Part shown: piece by piece, positions 45,151-56,411 of the stretch
Numbering within the stretch: position 1 is the first letter of the stretch
How the letters are laid out: every line of letters starts with the position of its first letter
Assembly (NCBI GenBank): GCA_049999805.1
Contig: JBNGIO010005907.1
Coordinates: 1 to 61,967, forward strand
Reading direction: 5' to 3'
DNA length: 61,967 bases
DNA from: Folioceros fuciformis
Lineage: Eukaryota
Notes under the pieces: generated by a model
What the model was told of the DNA's origin: nothing
What the model saw: the letters and a program-made list of their open reading frames with translations, nothing else
Databases searched by the model: none
Translations under genes and position numbers: made by a program

Positions 45151-47771
45151 TCAGTGGGCCTGGGCCGCAACGGCTTCTGGGACCAGGTTCCGTCTCTGCC
45201 TTTGTCTAAGATAAAGAACGGTAAACAAACAGACGAATAGGGCAGCCAGTGTGGCGTTGCCGTCGCCCACGCTTAAGGACCCTATCCACTCGGTCGCAGC
45301 GGGTATAGCTTTTGGAAGAGAATCCACCATTTTCACCTGCAGACGAACAGGGTTGAGTGCTCAGCGCCGAGTGAGACATAGTGGATAGGGCGGACTTAGG
45401 GGGATGCCTGACGTCAAGTTGACCGACAAATTAAATCATCCAGCAACCCAAATTGAATCCATGGAAACGGGATGGTTTCGCAGCCGTGCTCACCAACGTG
45501 CTTCCGCCGTAGTGTTGCCGTAACCACAGTCCCATCAGGGCAATGTTGACAGGAAGTGCGGCCTTCGGATCTTGTTCCAGGGCTAAGTCGTAGTAGCGTT
45601 TCGCCAGGTGCAAGTCCGTGGGTAGTCCCAGCCCATGCTCGTACATGTACCCCAGGTTGAACATGGCCTGCGCGTTTTTTTGCTCTTGGGCTCGCCTGTA
45701 CGCCTCTGCTGCTCGCTCTAGGTCTTGTTTCGTTCCCTGCCAGTAAGGAGGGTGGGTCACGACCCTCCTGCCCGATGAATGCGAAGCCGGCTGCAAAGAG
45801 AAGAGGAAGAAGGCACCGGCACCATGAGCTTACCTTGCCGTAGTAGTAGGCATCCCCGATGAGCAAGGCTGCGTGCTCGTTGCCCTGCTCGGAAGCATGC
45901 TGCCACAATGTGTGGGAGCGCAGGTAGCGTTCAGCCTCGGTGCAGAAACCGGAGCGTCCGAAGCATGCGTCCTCGTCGTTGGGTTTTTGCAGAATCCAAG
46001 CTGCATTGCTTTGAGCCACCTCATATCCCAGTTCTGCAGCCCGTGAGTAGAACAAGTACGCTTTGGCTGTCTGGCCCTTGAGGTAGGAATCCATCCCCAA
46101 GCGCATCAAAGACGACCAGGGACCCCTTTCCGCCACCATTTTGTACAACGCAGTTGCCTGCAACATTGACCGAGTGAGTACCACCTCAGGAACACGTCCA
46201 AGAGCTGGGCAACTGGGTAATGCATGCATGGTGTGGTTGCTCACAAATGGAAGATTTTTGGCGAAGGCGACCCCTCTCTCATCCAACCCTTTCTGATACA
46301 GTTTGGCAAGTTGGTAGAAAGCCTTCGGATAGTTGTGCTTCCACGCATGCGTGAGAAGGTGGACACCTTCTTTCGGATTCCTCTCAACTCCAATGCCCTT
46401 CAGGTACATGATGCCCAAATTGTAATATGCATGTATGTCTTTGAACTCCGCTGCCTTCTGAAAAAATTCTATGGCCTGCAACCGCAGATACATTTCAATA
46501 CACGGATAAAGACTCAGACTCTCCAAAGCACACAACAAAGGTAATAATAAGTCTCATGTCAAATCAATACTGTGAGTTCACGATGGTCCCTCATGTCTGT
46601 AAGATAAATCCTCCAGTACCTTGATTGGATCCTTCTTTTCCACGCCCAGTCCCTTGACATACAAATATCCTAGGCCATTGTAAGCAGACCAGTGTTTCCT
46701 GCGGACAGCTTGTTCAAACATCTCCCGAGACTTGTTGTAGTCCCTTGGCACACCGTACCCACGGGCATAGATCTCACCAGCCAACTCCATTGCCTTGGCA
46801 TTGTCCTTATCCGCAGCTTTCAAGAACCATGTCAAAGCCTTGGCATGATCACGAGTCAAACCCCTCACCCCAAAGTAGTAAAATAAACCCAGAGTATACA
46901 TGGCGGTGCCATCGTTCGCCTTTGACGCCTGAAACTCTGTGAACTGGAAGTCGTCATCTTCTTCCCCACGGTGCTTCCTCAGGGTGCTCCCGCTCTCCTC
47001 GGAACCAGAATTCAGTCGTTGTGGCTCCAGCCAGGAGTACTCTTTCCAACTAAAAAAACTTGCCATCGCCGTGGCAGCGAGCTCGGCATACAGTTGCACT
47101 GCTTTCTCGAACATCTAACAAGCGAGAAAATCAATCATTTCAGACTGCCACAGATACATACGACACTACCTCACTACCGGCCCCATTGCAAAGGTGACTA
47201 GAGCAGGACTCACCTGTTGCCGTGTGTAAATATACGCCAGAGCCATTTTGGACTGAAAATTCCCGCCCTCAGCTGCGAAGTGATGGTACAAAAACGCCTT
47301 AGATTCACTGCGCTCCAAACCTGTTCCGCTCCCATACAGATAAGCAAGAGTTGACTGCGCATGAGCGTGCCCCTGGTCCGCAGCAGTCTGCAGAACCCTA
47401 ATTGCTTCCGGCAATTCGCTAGGGTCTCCTTTAGCAAACGCGTCCACCATCTTCCTCACACCATCAACATACACAGCCTGTTCCCCCTCAATAATCTCTT
47501 GCACCAGCACAGGATCGAGAAAATGCACCCAGGATCCAGGGTCCAGATCGATGTCGGTGAGATCATCATTGTCCCCGAATTCCTCATAAGATGGAGGCCC
47601 TTCCCCCTGTGCAGGTGCATCGGGCCCTACCAATTCCTCACGCTCCTTAGATTTGGACTCAACATGCTCGTAAATACTGATCTCCTTGTCGAGTCCTAAC
47701 ACTTCAGGGAGTCGTAACGCAAGAAGCAGCAACAAAATACCGTGATAGAGAGGCCGGCGCATCGTTCCCAT
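45151..47771 (-). CDS. HRD3: ERAD component HRD3/SEL1L (Sel1-like repeats, signal peptide, C-terminal TM; multi-exon)
   Basis: Signal peptide, Sel1 repeats ([44 protein letters not shown]) and [24 protein letters not shown]. Confidence 0.92.
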
Positions 47772-48440
47772 GTCGCGAATACCTGAATTCAGCTCCTACT
47801 TCTTGCTAAAGAGTCCTACCAGGAGTGGGAAGCATTCCCTTCACATCTGCAGCTCCCGCAAGTAGCTTCACGTTCTGTCCAACTTCATGATCTTCGAGTC
47901 GAGCCCCTTCACCAATTCAAAACTGTCCTGAGGGTATGTACACGGGATCAATCAACCCCTGAGCAGCGGGCTGCTTTATCGAACTACATATGTATGTAGC
48001 ACCTCTTTCTCCCACCGAAGTCCCGAGACCCCATGTATGTATGGGGCCCCATCCCCTAGAATTTTAACCCCAACGTGGAACACTCTCAAACTCGACTTTC
48101 ACCTCTTGGTTCGGAGGTCTCACTAATTTTAAATTATATTTTGATAACTTTTTGCCGCAGCATGAGCAACCAACATTGAGGTTGGCCTACGTCCGTAAAA
48201 GTTTCGCGTATAACGGGTATCGGATAGACTGTAGCGGAACGTGCGGGGCACAATTAATGGTGTCTGGTAATATGCCCCTCGAAGAAATGAGTATGCAGTC
48301 CTCGCAAAGGGCATGAGCTAGCCCGCGCATGAGCTAGCCCGCATCTCAATCTCCGATCCAATAAATGCTTTTCCAGTGTGTAATTCACCATGCATCTCTC
48401 TTCACCCATCTCTCTATCTCCGCACAGGAAACAGGCTGTA

Positions 48441-48476
48441 GTTTTGCCACCTCCTAGTCTAAGCAAGGAAAACATA
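48441..48476 (+). repeat. Left terminal inverted repeat
   Basis: Reverse complement of 60510-60545, with few mismatches. Confidence 0.8.
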
Positions 48477-48689
48477 GAGACTTCATAGAAAAAAAAGAGA
48501 TGGAAGTTCCATCTAACCGGTGACAAGGGGAACAACCCGCAATAGGCAAAAGCTAAGAATGGGGGCCTAAACCCCTCGTCCATCTAGCCTCTAACTGCAT
48601 ATTGCCCCTAAGATGTCACATTCGGGTATAAGGTATGGCCTACTTACCACCGGGGCCACTGAAACTGCATCCTCCACGATTGATGTTGT

Positions 48690-49720
48690 TCAAAAAATCG
48701 CCTTTGCCAAGGCCTTTTGTAACAAAATCAAAACTCGTTGCCGGAAAAATGCCACCACGCCAGATAGGGGAAACCCAACCGTACTTTTGCTGATGTGATG
48801 GGCCTTCGCGCATGTCTTCAAAAACCTGTAAAAATCCTTACCCAGGGCCCTATGCATTTCAATAGCAAGCGTGATGAACAAGTGACCTTGCTGCATGGGT
48901 CTGTACTTACAAGTCTTCCTTGTCGCGCTTCCTTCTACTGCCCAACCTGGAGGGTTAATAACGACATGCTCGCTAATGGTTGTCCGAGTGGGGCTTATGA
49001 CCACCACATCTGCTATAGAAACCTAGTCCCCCCTTGGTTAGGAAAAGTTCTGCAATGAGGGAAACACCGTTTGGCAAGGTATATAGGCACTCCTTGTAGG
49101 GAAGAAGCCACCCTCCTTGCCCAAAGAAAACATAACGCCCCTCACTGCATTATTGGTGGCAATGTGCTGCCCGCCGATAGGGCAATGCTCTAGGTGGCTC
49201 TTGGGGTCGTCGAGGGGGACCCCACAACAACAAGAAGAGAGAGACCAGGCCAACGGTCGAACTAAACCAAGGCAGAACCTCATCGCGGTAGAGAAAGAAG
49301 CTGGTGTGATTCAAAAAGCTTGGATGCATGGACGAGCCAACTACCAAGAGCCAGCGCCCTTCCCCAAACAAGATCAAAGGCGTGCCCAGGGCTGCTTGTC
49401 AATGGAGGAATCTAGCATGAGGGTCTGCAGCTCTTGCCCATAATCCTTTTCCATAAGGGTGGCCTGAAGCCCCCTCATACCCCCACAAAGGAAGGAGGAA
49501 AAGGAAGGCATGACCAATCGGGCTTGTAAGGATAACAAATCTCGGGCCCTCCTGAGGGACTTTTGGAGGGGGATTAGCCCCTCCTCAACTCCTTTGACAA
49601 AACCCTTCAAAACACCTAAGTTTCTGATGGAAAAGCAAGTCAATAAAGCTGGGACAAAGAGCACCCAACTACCAAGAAGTCTAAGCCGTGAAACCGGGTT
49701 TAAGCTTCAACAACCATTTT
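48690..49720 (-). mobile_element. Degenerate RLE-type (CRE/R2-like) non-LTR retrotransposon 3' fragment
   Basis: Zinc knuckle CCCGVPLDD...HLEHCPIGG..IATNNAVR, then FITLAIEMHRALG and RQRVLILLQKALAKAI, typical of the restriction-like endonuclease end. Frameshifted. Confidence 0.65.
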
Positions 49721-50013
49721 GCTTAAACCCTTAAGCAAGCACCCTTTGCACCATGCTTACGTTCCGATGGAGTGCCCACTCAACATCGAAATCCCACCAC
49801 TCAAACATTTCAATACAAACACGTTAGATTAGCAAATCCACAAGCAACTGCAAGATCCATACATTCAATGGAGTCGTATGGAGGATTTTGTGGCTGGAGA
49901 AAGTCACAAGTGTGCAGCCAACTTTTATGGCAAAGATTTGAAGAGTCAAAATGCCTTGCGGCCAATTGTTGTGCCATCATTGGAAATACCGGCGTCGTAC
50001 GTGAGGTGCATGA

Positions 50014-50248
50014 TGACGAACGAGGCTGCCCTAGTATAGCCCGCTTCTCAGCGTTAAGTGTTAGTTTAGGTTAAGTATATACACGCAAATATGTAAAGGC
50101 ACGAAACGTGCCCTAGTGAAACATCACCCGTCAACCATCGTACAGGTTCACGGGACACGGCCATAAAGGGCCTCACTCACACACATTCAATATTATTCAT
50201 TCATTCATGCTTCTTTTCTACGCTAGTCTGTCGATCCTATTTACGCTA
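50014..50248 (+). repeat. 5' LTR
   Basis: Direct repeat of 56177-56411; 10 substitutions counted by eye. Confidence 0.95.
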
Positions 50249-50260
50249 TGGTATCAGAGC
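50249..50260 (+). promoter_or_regulatory. Primer-binding site (tRNA-iMet), TGGTATCAGAGC
   Basis: Canonical plant Copia PBS directly abutting the 5' LTR. Confidence 0.92.
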
Positions 50261-51847
50261 TTGTCTATGGATTCCGCCATGTCACCCTCCAGCATGTGTG
50301 AGATCTGCAAATCCGAGTGCTGCATTAAGAGCCTGTCACACGAGAATTTTCGGGCTGCAATCCAAGCACTCAGACTCTCTCTCACCCGATTTGGCATCAT
50401 GGCGGAAGCTTTCTTGGCGGAGGTTGTCAACCACTACTACGCATAGTGTCCGCGCACCTGGCGCCAAGGAGCAACGAGCCACCCTAATGGACCCGCGCTC
50501 GCAGATCGCCAGTTTGCAATTTCTTGCAAATCTCATGCGTCCTGATTTGGTCTTTGCCCGACATAGTGCAACCCATTAAAATCAGTCACGCACACCTCTA
50601 GCACGATCTGTGATCAGTTCACTGGTGTCTAAGACTCAATCCACTGTAGAAAGGAAGCCTGTGTAGGAGCACCAGGTCATCTATACCTTTTTTTTTCCAG
50701 TGTCTCCCCTCACATCTGGATATAGGTGTAGATAACCTGAACCCCCTGCACACAATAGTCTACAATCTTGCACAAGGAATGTTAACAACTAGACTACTAT
50801 CCTAAACAATGCCTCGCAATGGCTGCACAAAGCGCACCTTCAATCCACAAAGGCAAGTAGCATCTCCCTTTAGGAGTAGTGTAGATCAGCAGTTCTTCTT
50901 TTCCAGCTTACCACAACAGAACATTCCTCCCTGCACTCGCCAAGTTGCGAGCTCTTGCGACACTTGTGGAAGAAGTGGGCACCTGCGTCCATTTGTGAGC
51001 ACACCTGAAATCACGACTAGCTAGGCAGAGCTGGTTCTGAAAATTGTCCGTGATCTGTTTGCCGAGGAACGCCGTCACACGCACGCAACCCTGTGCAATT
51101 TTTGGCGGATGCGTCAAGTTCAAGAAGAGCACCTCCGCAGCAAGATCGACGACATTAACTGCAGGTGCAAACACTTGTCTAAGGACCTAAACTCTCTGTC
51201 CACAAAGGTTGCGCACCTGGACAGTGTGGCGAAGCAGCAACACACACAATCAGTGATTGCTGAACCAGAAAGGACCACATTCATCAATCTCCATCACGTC
51301 GTGCCAAACTTCTCTTCACAATTGCCATGCATATTACCTGAAGGAAGAACCAAGGACGTCATCTCAGAAGTTGCTGCTCTTTTAACACACATGTCACTCG
51401 AGGCGAAATCCAGGAAGATGGTGTTTGAGTATGTCAGAACCTTGGGATCCAACCCCAGCAGGGAGGCCACCTCGCCGAATTCCTGCTAGACCTGGAACGA
51501 CACCTGCAAGTTCGAGGTCTGAAACATCACATGAGAGACTCAGATCTGAAGGAATACCTGAAGAGTCACTAGCTTCCGGATCTGAAGAGGCGTCACCACT
51601 TCCTGTCTTTCCAAAAAACCCCTTTGACTACTCAGAAGCTTATGACCTTCCAGATCTCCCACCAAGTTCTACAAGTACCATTGGCACGGTAGCCTCAGGT
51701 GTAGTTCCCATTCAGCCATCCTCTCCTAGCAGCATTGTTTCCACTCCAAGGTCCACACATAGCTCACATAGCTCCTCTTCCTTATTCCTTGATCGTCTGT
51801 TTGATTTAAGTGAAACCCAGTTTAGTCAGTATACATTTGTTTCTGCC

Positions 51848-54800
51848 ATGGCTAATCCTCCACCTGCAAATGTCACTGTCAACAACTTTAAGTATCACTT
51901 CAAGGATAGAGATAGGTTTAGTGGTCAACACTTCGACATCTGGATGATTCGAGTGCGGACCATCTTACAAGAACTGGAGATCTGGGACTACGTGACTGGC
52001 ATCATTCCAATGCCTCCAACTGCTGCAACTACAGCTGAAAAACAAGCTTGGAAACTGAAAGACTTGCGTGTCCAGAATGTGATCCAGTCTGCATTAGACT
52101 TGAGCATGATGTCTCATGCTCGAGAGGCAGACAGCTCCAAGGCAATTTGGGACTCTCTCTGCCAAGTGCACCAAAAGAAGAGCGTAACATCACTGGTTCA
52201 TGCTACACGTGCCTTCTACAATCTGAGAATGCGAGATGTGATACTGTTGAGAATCATGTCAGCCGCTTCAAGATGCGTCACACCAAACTAATTACTGCCG
52301 GCACAACTGTTGATGAACTCCAAGCTGCAGTGCCCCTTCTCATGTCACTTCCAGAGAAATACAACAGCTTTGTGAGCACTCAAAATCAGCACATCTCAGC
52401 TGCCCAAGCAGCAGTAGCCGCAGGCACACCTTCACCAATCACATTATCAGATATTATTGGTGCTCTGCTGAACGAGGAGGCTACTCACACTCGTGGCCGA
52501 GGCTCCTCCTCCAACAATGCTGCACGAGCCATGTTTGTCTCTCGAGGACGAGGACGGCGTGCTCCAGGTGGCAATCGTCCACCTTATAAGCCCGGCTCTC
52601 CTCGCCCATCATGGCCAGCCTCGAAGTCAAGCACTTCAAAGAGAGGTCCATGTACCTGGTGCAGGACTCCTGGCCACGTGGAGTCTGAATGCCGCAAGAA
52701 GCAGAATGGCGAAGCCAAGAGAGAGGCTCCTCCATCTCCCCATGTATCCTCCAAGAAAAGTACAAGGGCCATCCTCACAGTATGCATGGTCTTCTCTTCA
52801 CTAGATAGGCATGCCTGGTATCTAGATTCAGGTGCCACAACACATGTCTGCAACACACGCACAACCTTCACCACTTTCATACCTTCTCCTAAGGGACAGT
52901 TTGTACTCCTAGGCGATGATAGTGGGCTGTGTATAGAAGGCACTGGCACCGTTGTCCTCCAACTTGCACAAGGTAAGTCCATCACATTGTTAGATGTTAT
53001 ATACGTCCCTCAGATGGCTAAAAATCTTGTCTCTCTTAGACGATTGTCACCTCCGTTACTTACCCTTGAAATGACCTTGGAGGGTCTTGCCCTGAGAGAG
53101 GCTGCTGCTCCACATAAGTTACTGGCTACATGTACTCTCAAGAATGACCTGTACCAGTTTAACTTGAAGAGCAATCCCATCCAGCAGCTGAAGGCACCAA
53201 CGGCCCATTCTGCAGTAACAACTCCAACTAATGAGACACAGTTATGGCACTGCCGCGTGGGACATGTTCATTTACAACATCTTCAGACTCTGCCATCTTC
53301 TTCCTTGTATCGGACGCCATTTCACTTCAAATCAGAGAAGACTATCTTCTGTGAAGCCTGCATCCAAGGAAAGCACCATAAGGCTCCCCATCCAAGTCAA
53401 GATGCCACAAGAGCAACTACCCTGCTTCAGACTGTGCACATTGACCAGTGCGAACCCATGTCCACTAGATCTCTCGGGGGTGCTCTCTATTTCATGCACT
53501 TGATTGATGACTGGAGTCGGTTCACTGTTACTTATTTTCTCAAGCGTAAAGATGAAGCATTCTCTTGCTTCCTTCTGTACCTCGCCTATGCTCAACGCTT
53601 TATAGGTCAGAAACTGAAATGCTTGAGAAGTGACAATGGAGGTGAGTTTACCTCAGAGGAATTCACGGAGTTTTGCTCACGAGAGGGTATACTTCGCCAA
53701 CTTACAGTTCCCTACGAGCATGAGCAAAATCCTCTCCCTAAGAATCAAAATAAAGTCACTCAGGCTGCTGCCAAGTCGATGCTGCATTTGGCCCGGCTTC
53801 CTCAAAGCTTCTGGGCTGAAGCTGTTGCCACTACTATTTACATACAAAACCGGCTACCCACTCGTGCCTTTGCCAATACTACACCTTTTGAAAGATGGAC
53901 TGGCGTCAAGCCTCGAGTGGACCACTTGCGGATATGGGGCTGTCCAGCCTACGTACATACACCTGATGAGGTTAGACGCAAGATGGATTTTAAGGCAACC
54001 AAGCACTTGTTCATCGGCTACACAGAAGGCATTAAGGGCTATAAGCTCTATGACCCCCTACGTCGACGTTTCCTGCATGCCAGAAACGTTATATTCGACG
54101 AGCAGTTTCTGTTGCAAGCCTCAAGAAAGAGCAGAGATGTACCTAGTTTAGAGCGTCTTACGAATGCTGACCAGGATGCATCTACAACAGAATCTTTAAC
54201 ACATGATGAACATGTGGTCACTCCACAACCTGCACCAACTGTCCCTGTTCAATGTGCAGACGTCTTTCCTAAAGATGAACCTGACCTCACTGCAGATGAT
54301 TCGAGCTCGGAGGCAAGTGACCAGTCTGGTGAGACCCAACAGGAGGATTATGACAATGTGGTCAATGACAGTCCCCCATCTTCGCCCTCACCAGAAATTG
54401 AGGAGAATGTTGAGGAACCTGCATCCGAGGATGTGGAAGAGTCAACTCATGAGCGACCAGCACTTAGAAGGTCTGGTAGGAGGCACACCACAGACCCAAG
54501 TCAGTGGACACACAAACCTCTAAGCTATGAACTGGACGAAGAGTTTCGACACCAGCAAGTAAATCTTGCTGCCAGTCCAGACAGCTCCTTACCTCACGAG
54601 TCAAACACACCATACAGCTATGTTGCCCACGCCTTGTTTGCAGCACAGGACCTTGGAGAGCCAGCCACTTTAAAGGAGGCGTTGTCTTCCCCTGAAGGCA
54701 AACTTTGGAAAGCTGGTGTCGACTCTGAATACCAGTCCCTCATTGACAACAACATGTGGGAGCTGGTTGAACTGCCTCCAGGGGCTAAGCCACTTACAGG

Positions 54801-55985
54801 AAAGTGGGTTTTTCAGAAGAAGCTTAATCCAGATGGGTCAGTAGCCAGGTACAAGGCCAGGTATGTTGTCCATGGCTATAAACAAGTTGAAGGTCTGGAT
54901 TTCAACGAAACCTTCTCACCTGTGGTACGGGTGTCATCAGTTAGAATGCTATTTGCCTTGCCTGCTGAACACAAGCTGGACATCCATCACATGGATGTTA
55001 AAACCGCCTTCCTGCATGGCACAATCGACAAAGAGATGTATATTACGCAACCCGAGGGCTATGTCAGTAAAACCGAACCACATAAGGTTTGCAGACTTAA
55101 GAAAAGCCTGTACGGCTTGAAGCATGCACCGAGAGTATGGTACTAGAAGATCCATGCCTACCTACTCAAGTTTGATTGCAGTCAAAGTGATGCTGACACA
55201 AATGTCTAAATACTTAGAATTGGGCAACAGTTTGCAATCATAGCTTTGTATGTCGATTGATGCACTCATCTTTGCCAACTCCCCTAGCATCATGAAGAAA
55301 GTCAAGTCAATCCTCATGGCCGAGTTTTCCATGACAGATCTAGGGCAGTTGACCTTCTTCCTAGGCATACAGATCCTAATCAGTCCCGACAAAGGTAGTA
55401 TCTTCTATCACCAAGCTCACTACATTAGACAAATGCTAGAAAGATTTATTATGACTGACTGCAAACCTGCTATCACCCCAATGGCTGTGGGAGAAAAGTA
55501 CTCTATTGAGCAAAGTCCGAAGACTAAAGCAGCAAAATAGGAAATGGCAAAGAAGCCATACAGCATGCTCACGGGGTGCCTTATCTGGATCAGAGGGTGG
55601 ACAAGACCGAATGTATCTCTAGCAACCAGTAGCCCTGTCTAGCACTGAAGCGAAATACACAGCTGCAACCGCAGCTGCTCTGGAGATTGTTTACAACTGC
55701 CTATTCATGGCATCTGTGGGCTCTCCTCAACCTGGAGCTACTATTGTATATTGCGACAACCAGTCAGCCATAGCTCTATCCAGAAATCCAGCGCATCATT
55801 CACGGACCAGGCATATAGCTGTCAAGCAGCATTACATCAGGCAGACAGTAGCATTAGGAGAAATTGACCTAGTTTACATACCCATAGATCAGAATCTAGC
55901 AAACTTGCTCTCGAAGCCACTACCAAAGGACCGTCACATCGCGCACTGCAAGGGCTTGGGGCTTTGCACTCAAGCAAGCTCTTGA
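51848..55985 (+). pseudogene. Copia gag-pol (frameshift near 52240, stops in RT, deletion between RT and RNase H)
   Basis: Zn knuckle CTWCRTPGHVESEC, protease WYLDSGATTH, integrase SDNGGEF, RT MDVKTAFLHG and RNase H IVYCDNQSAI. Confidence 0.92.
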
Positions 55986-56167
55986 CACCTGCACAACTAC
56001 ACAGCGCAAGCAGGAGCAAAAGGACGAAGCTTCCATCCAAGTGAGAAAGGCCGCCAACACTCAGCATAGCTGCAATCTGTGCTGCAGACAGAGCGCATGC
56101 AAAAAAAAAAAAGAGGACGGCCGGAGATTACGGCGTAAGCGAGTTCACAACGGCGGGAATGTAGTCT

Positions 56168-56176
56168 AAGTGGGGG
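56168..56176 (+). promoter_or_regulatory. Polypurine tract of the Copia element
   Basis: aagtggggg immediately before the 3' LTR. Confidence 0.75.
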
Positions 56177-56411
56177 TGACGAAAGAGGCTGCCCTAGTAT
56201 AGCCCGCTTCTCCGCGTTAAGTGTTAGTTTAGGTTAAGTATATACACGCAAATATGTAAAGGCAGGAAACGTGCCCTAGTGAAACGTCACCCGTCAACCG
56301 TCGTACAGGTTTACGAGACACAGCCATAAAGGGCCTCACTCACACACATTCAATAGTATTCATTCATTCATGCTTCTTTTCTATGCTAGTCTGTCGATCC
56401 TATTTACGCTA
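56177..56411 (+). repeat. 3' LTR
   Basis: Direct repeat of 50014-50248. Confidence 0.95.

Larger units (their letters stand above)
50014..56411 (+). mobile_element. Full-length but defective Ty1/Copia LTR retrotransposon; 235-bp LTRs (TG..TA), TSD CATGA
   Basis: LTRs at 50014-50248 and 56177-56411, CATGA at 50009-50013 and 56412-56416, PBS, PPT, and gag-PR-IN-RT-RH domain order. Confidence 0.95.

Noticed and set aside
48311-48342. 16-bp tandem duplication gcatgagctagcccgc x2
   Set aside because: Real but isolated. Consistent with replication slippage or repair, with no sign of function.
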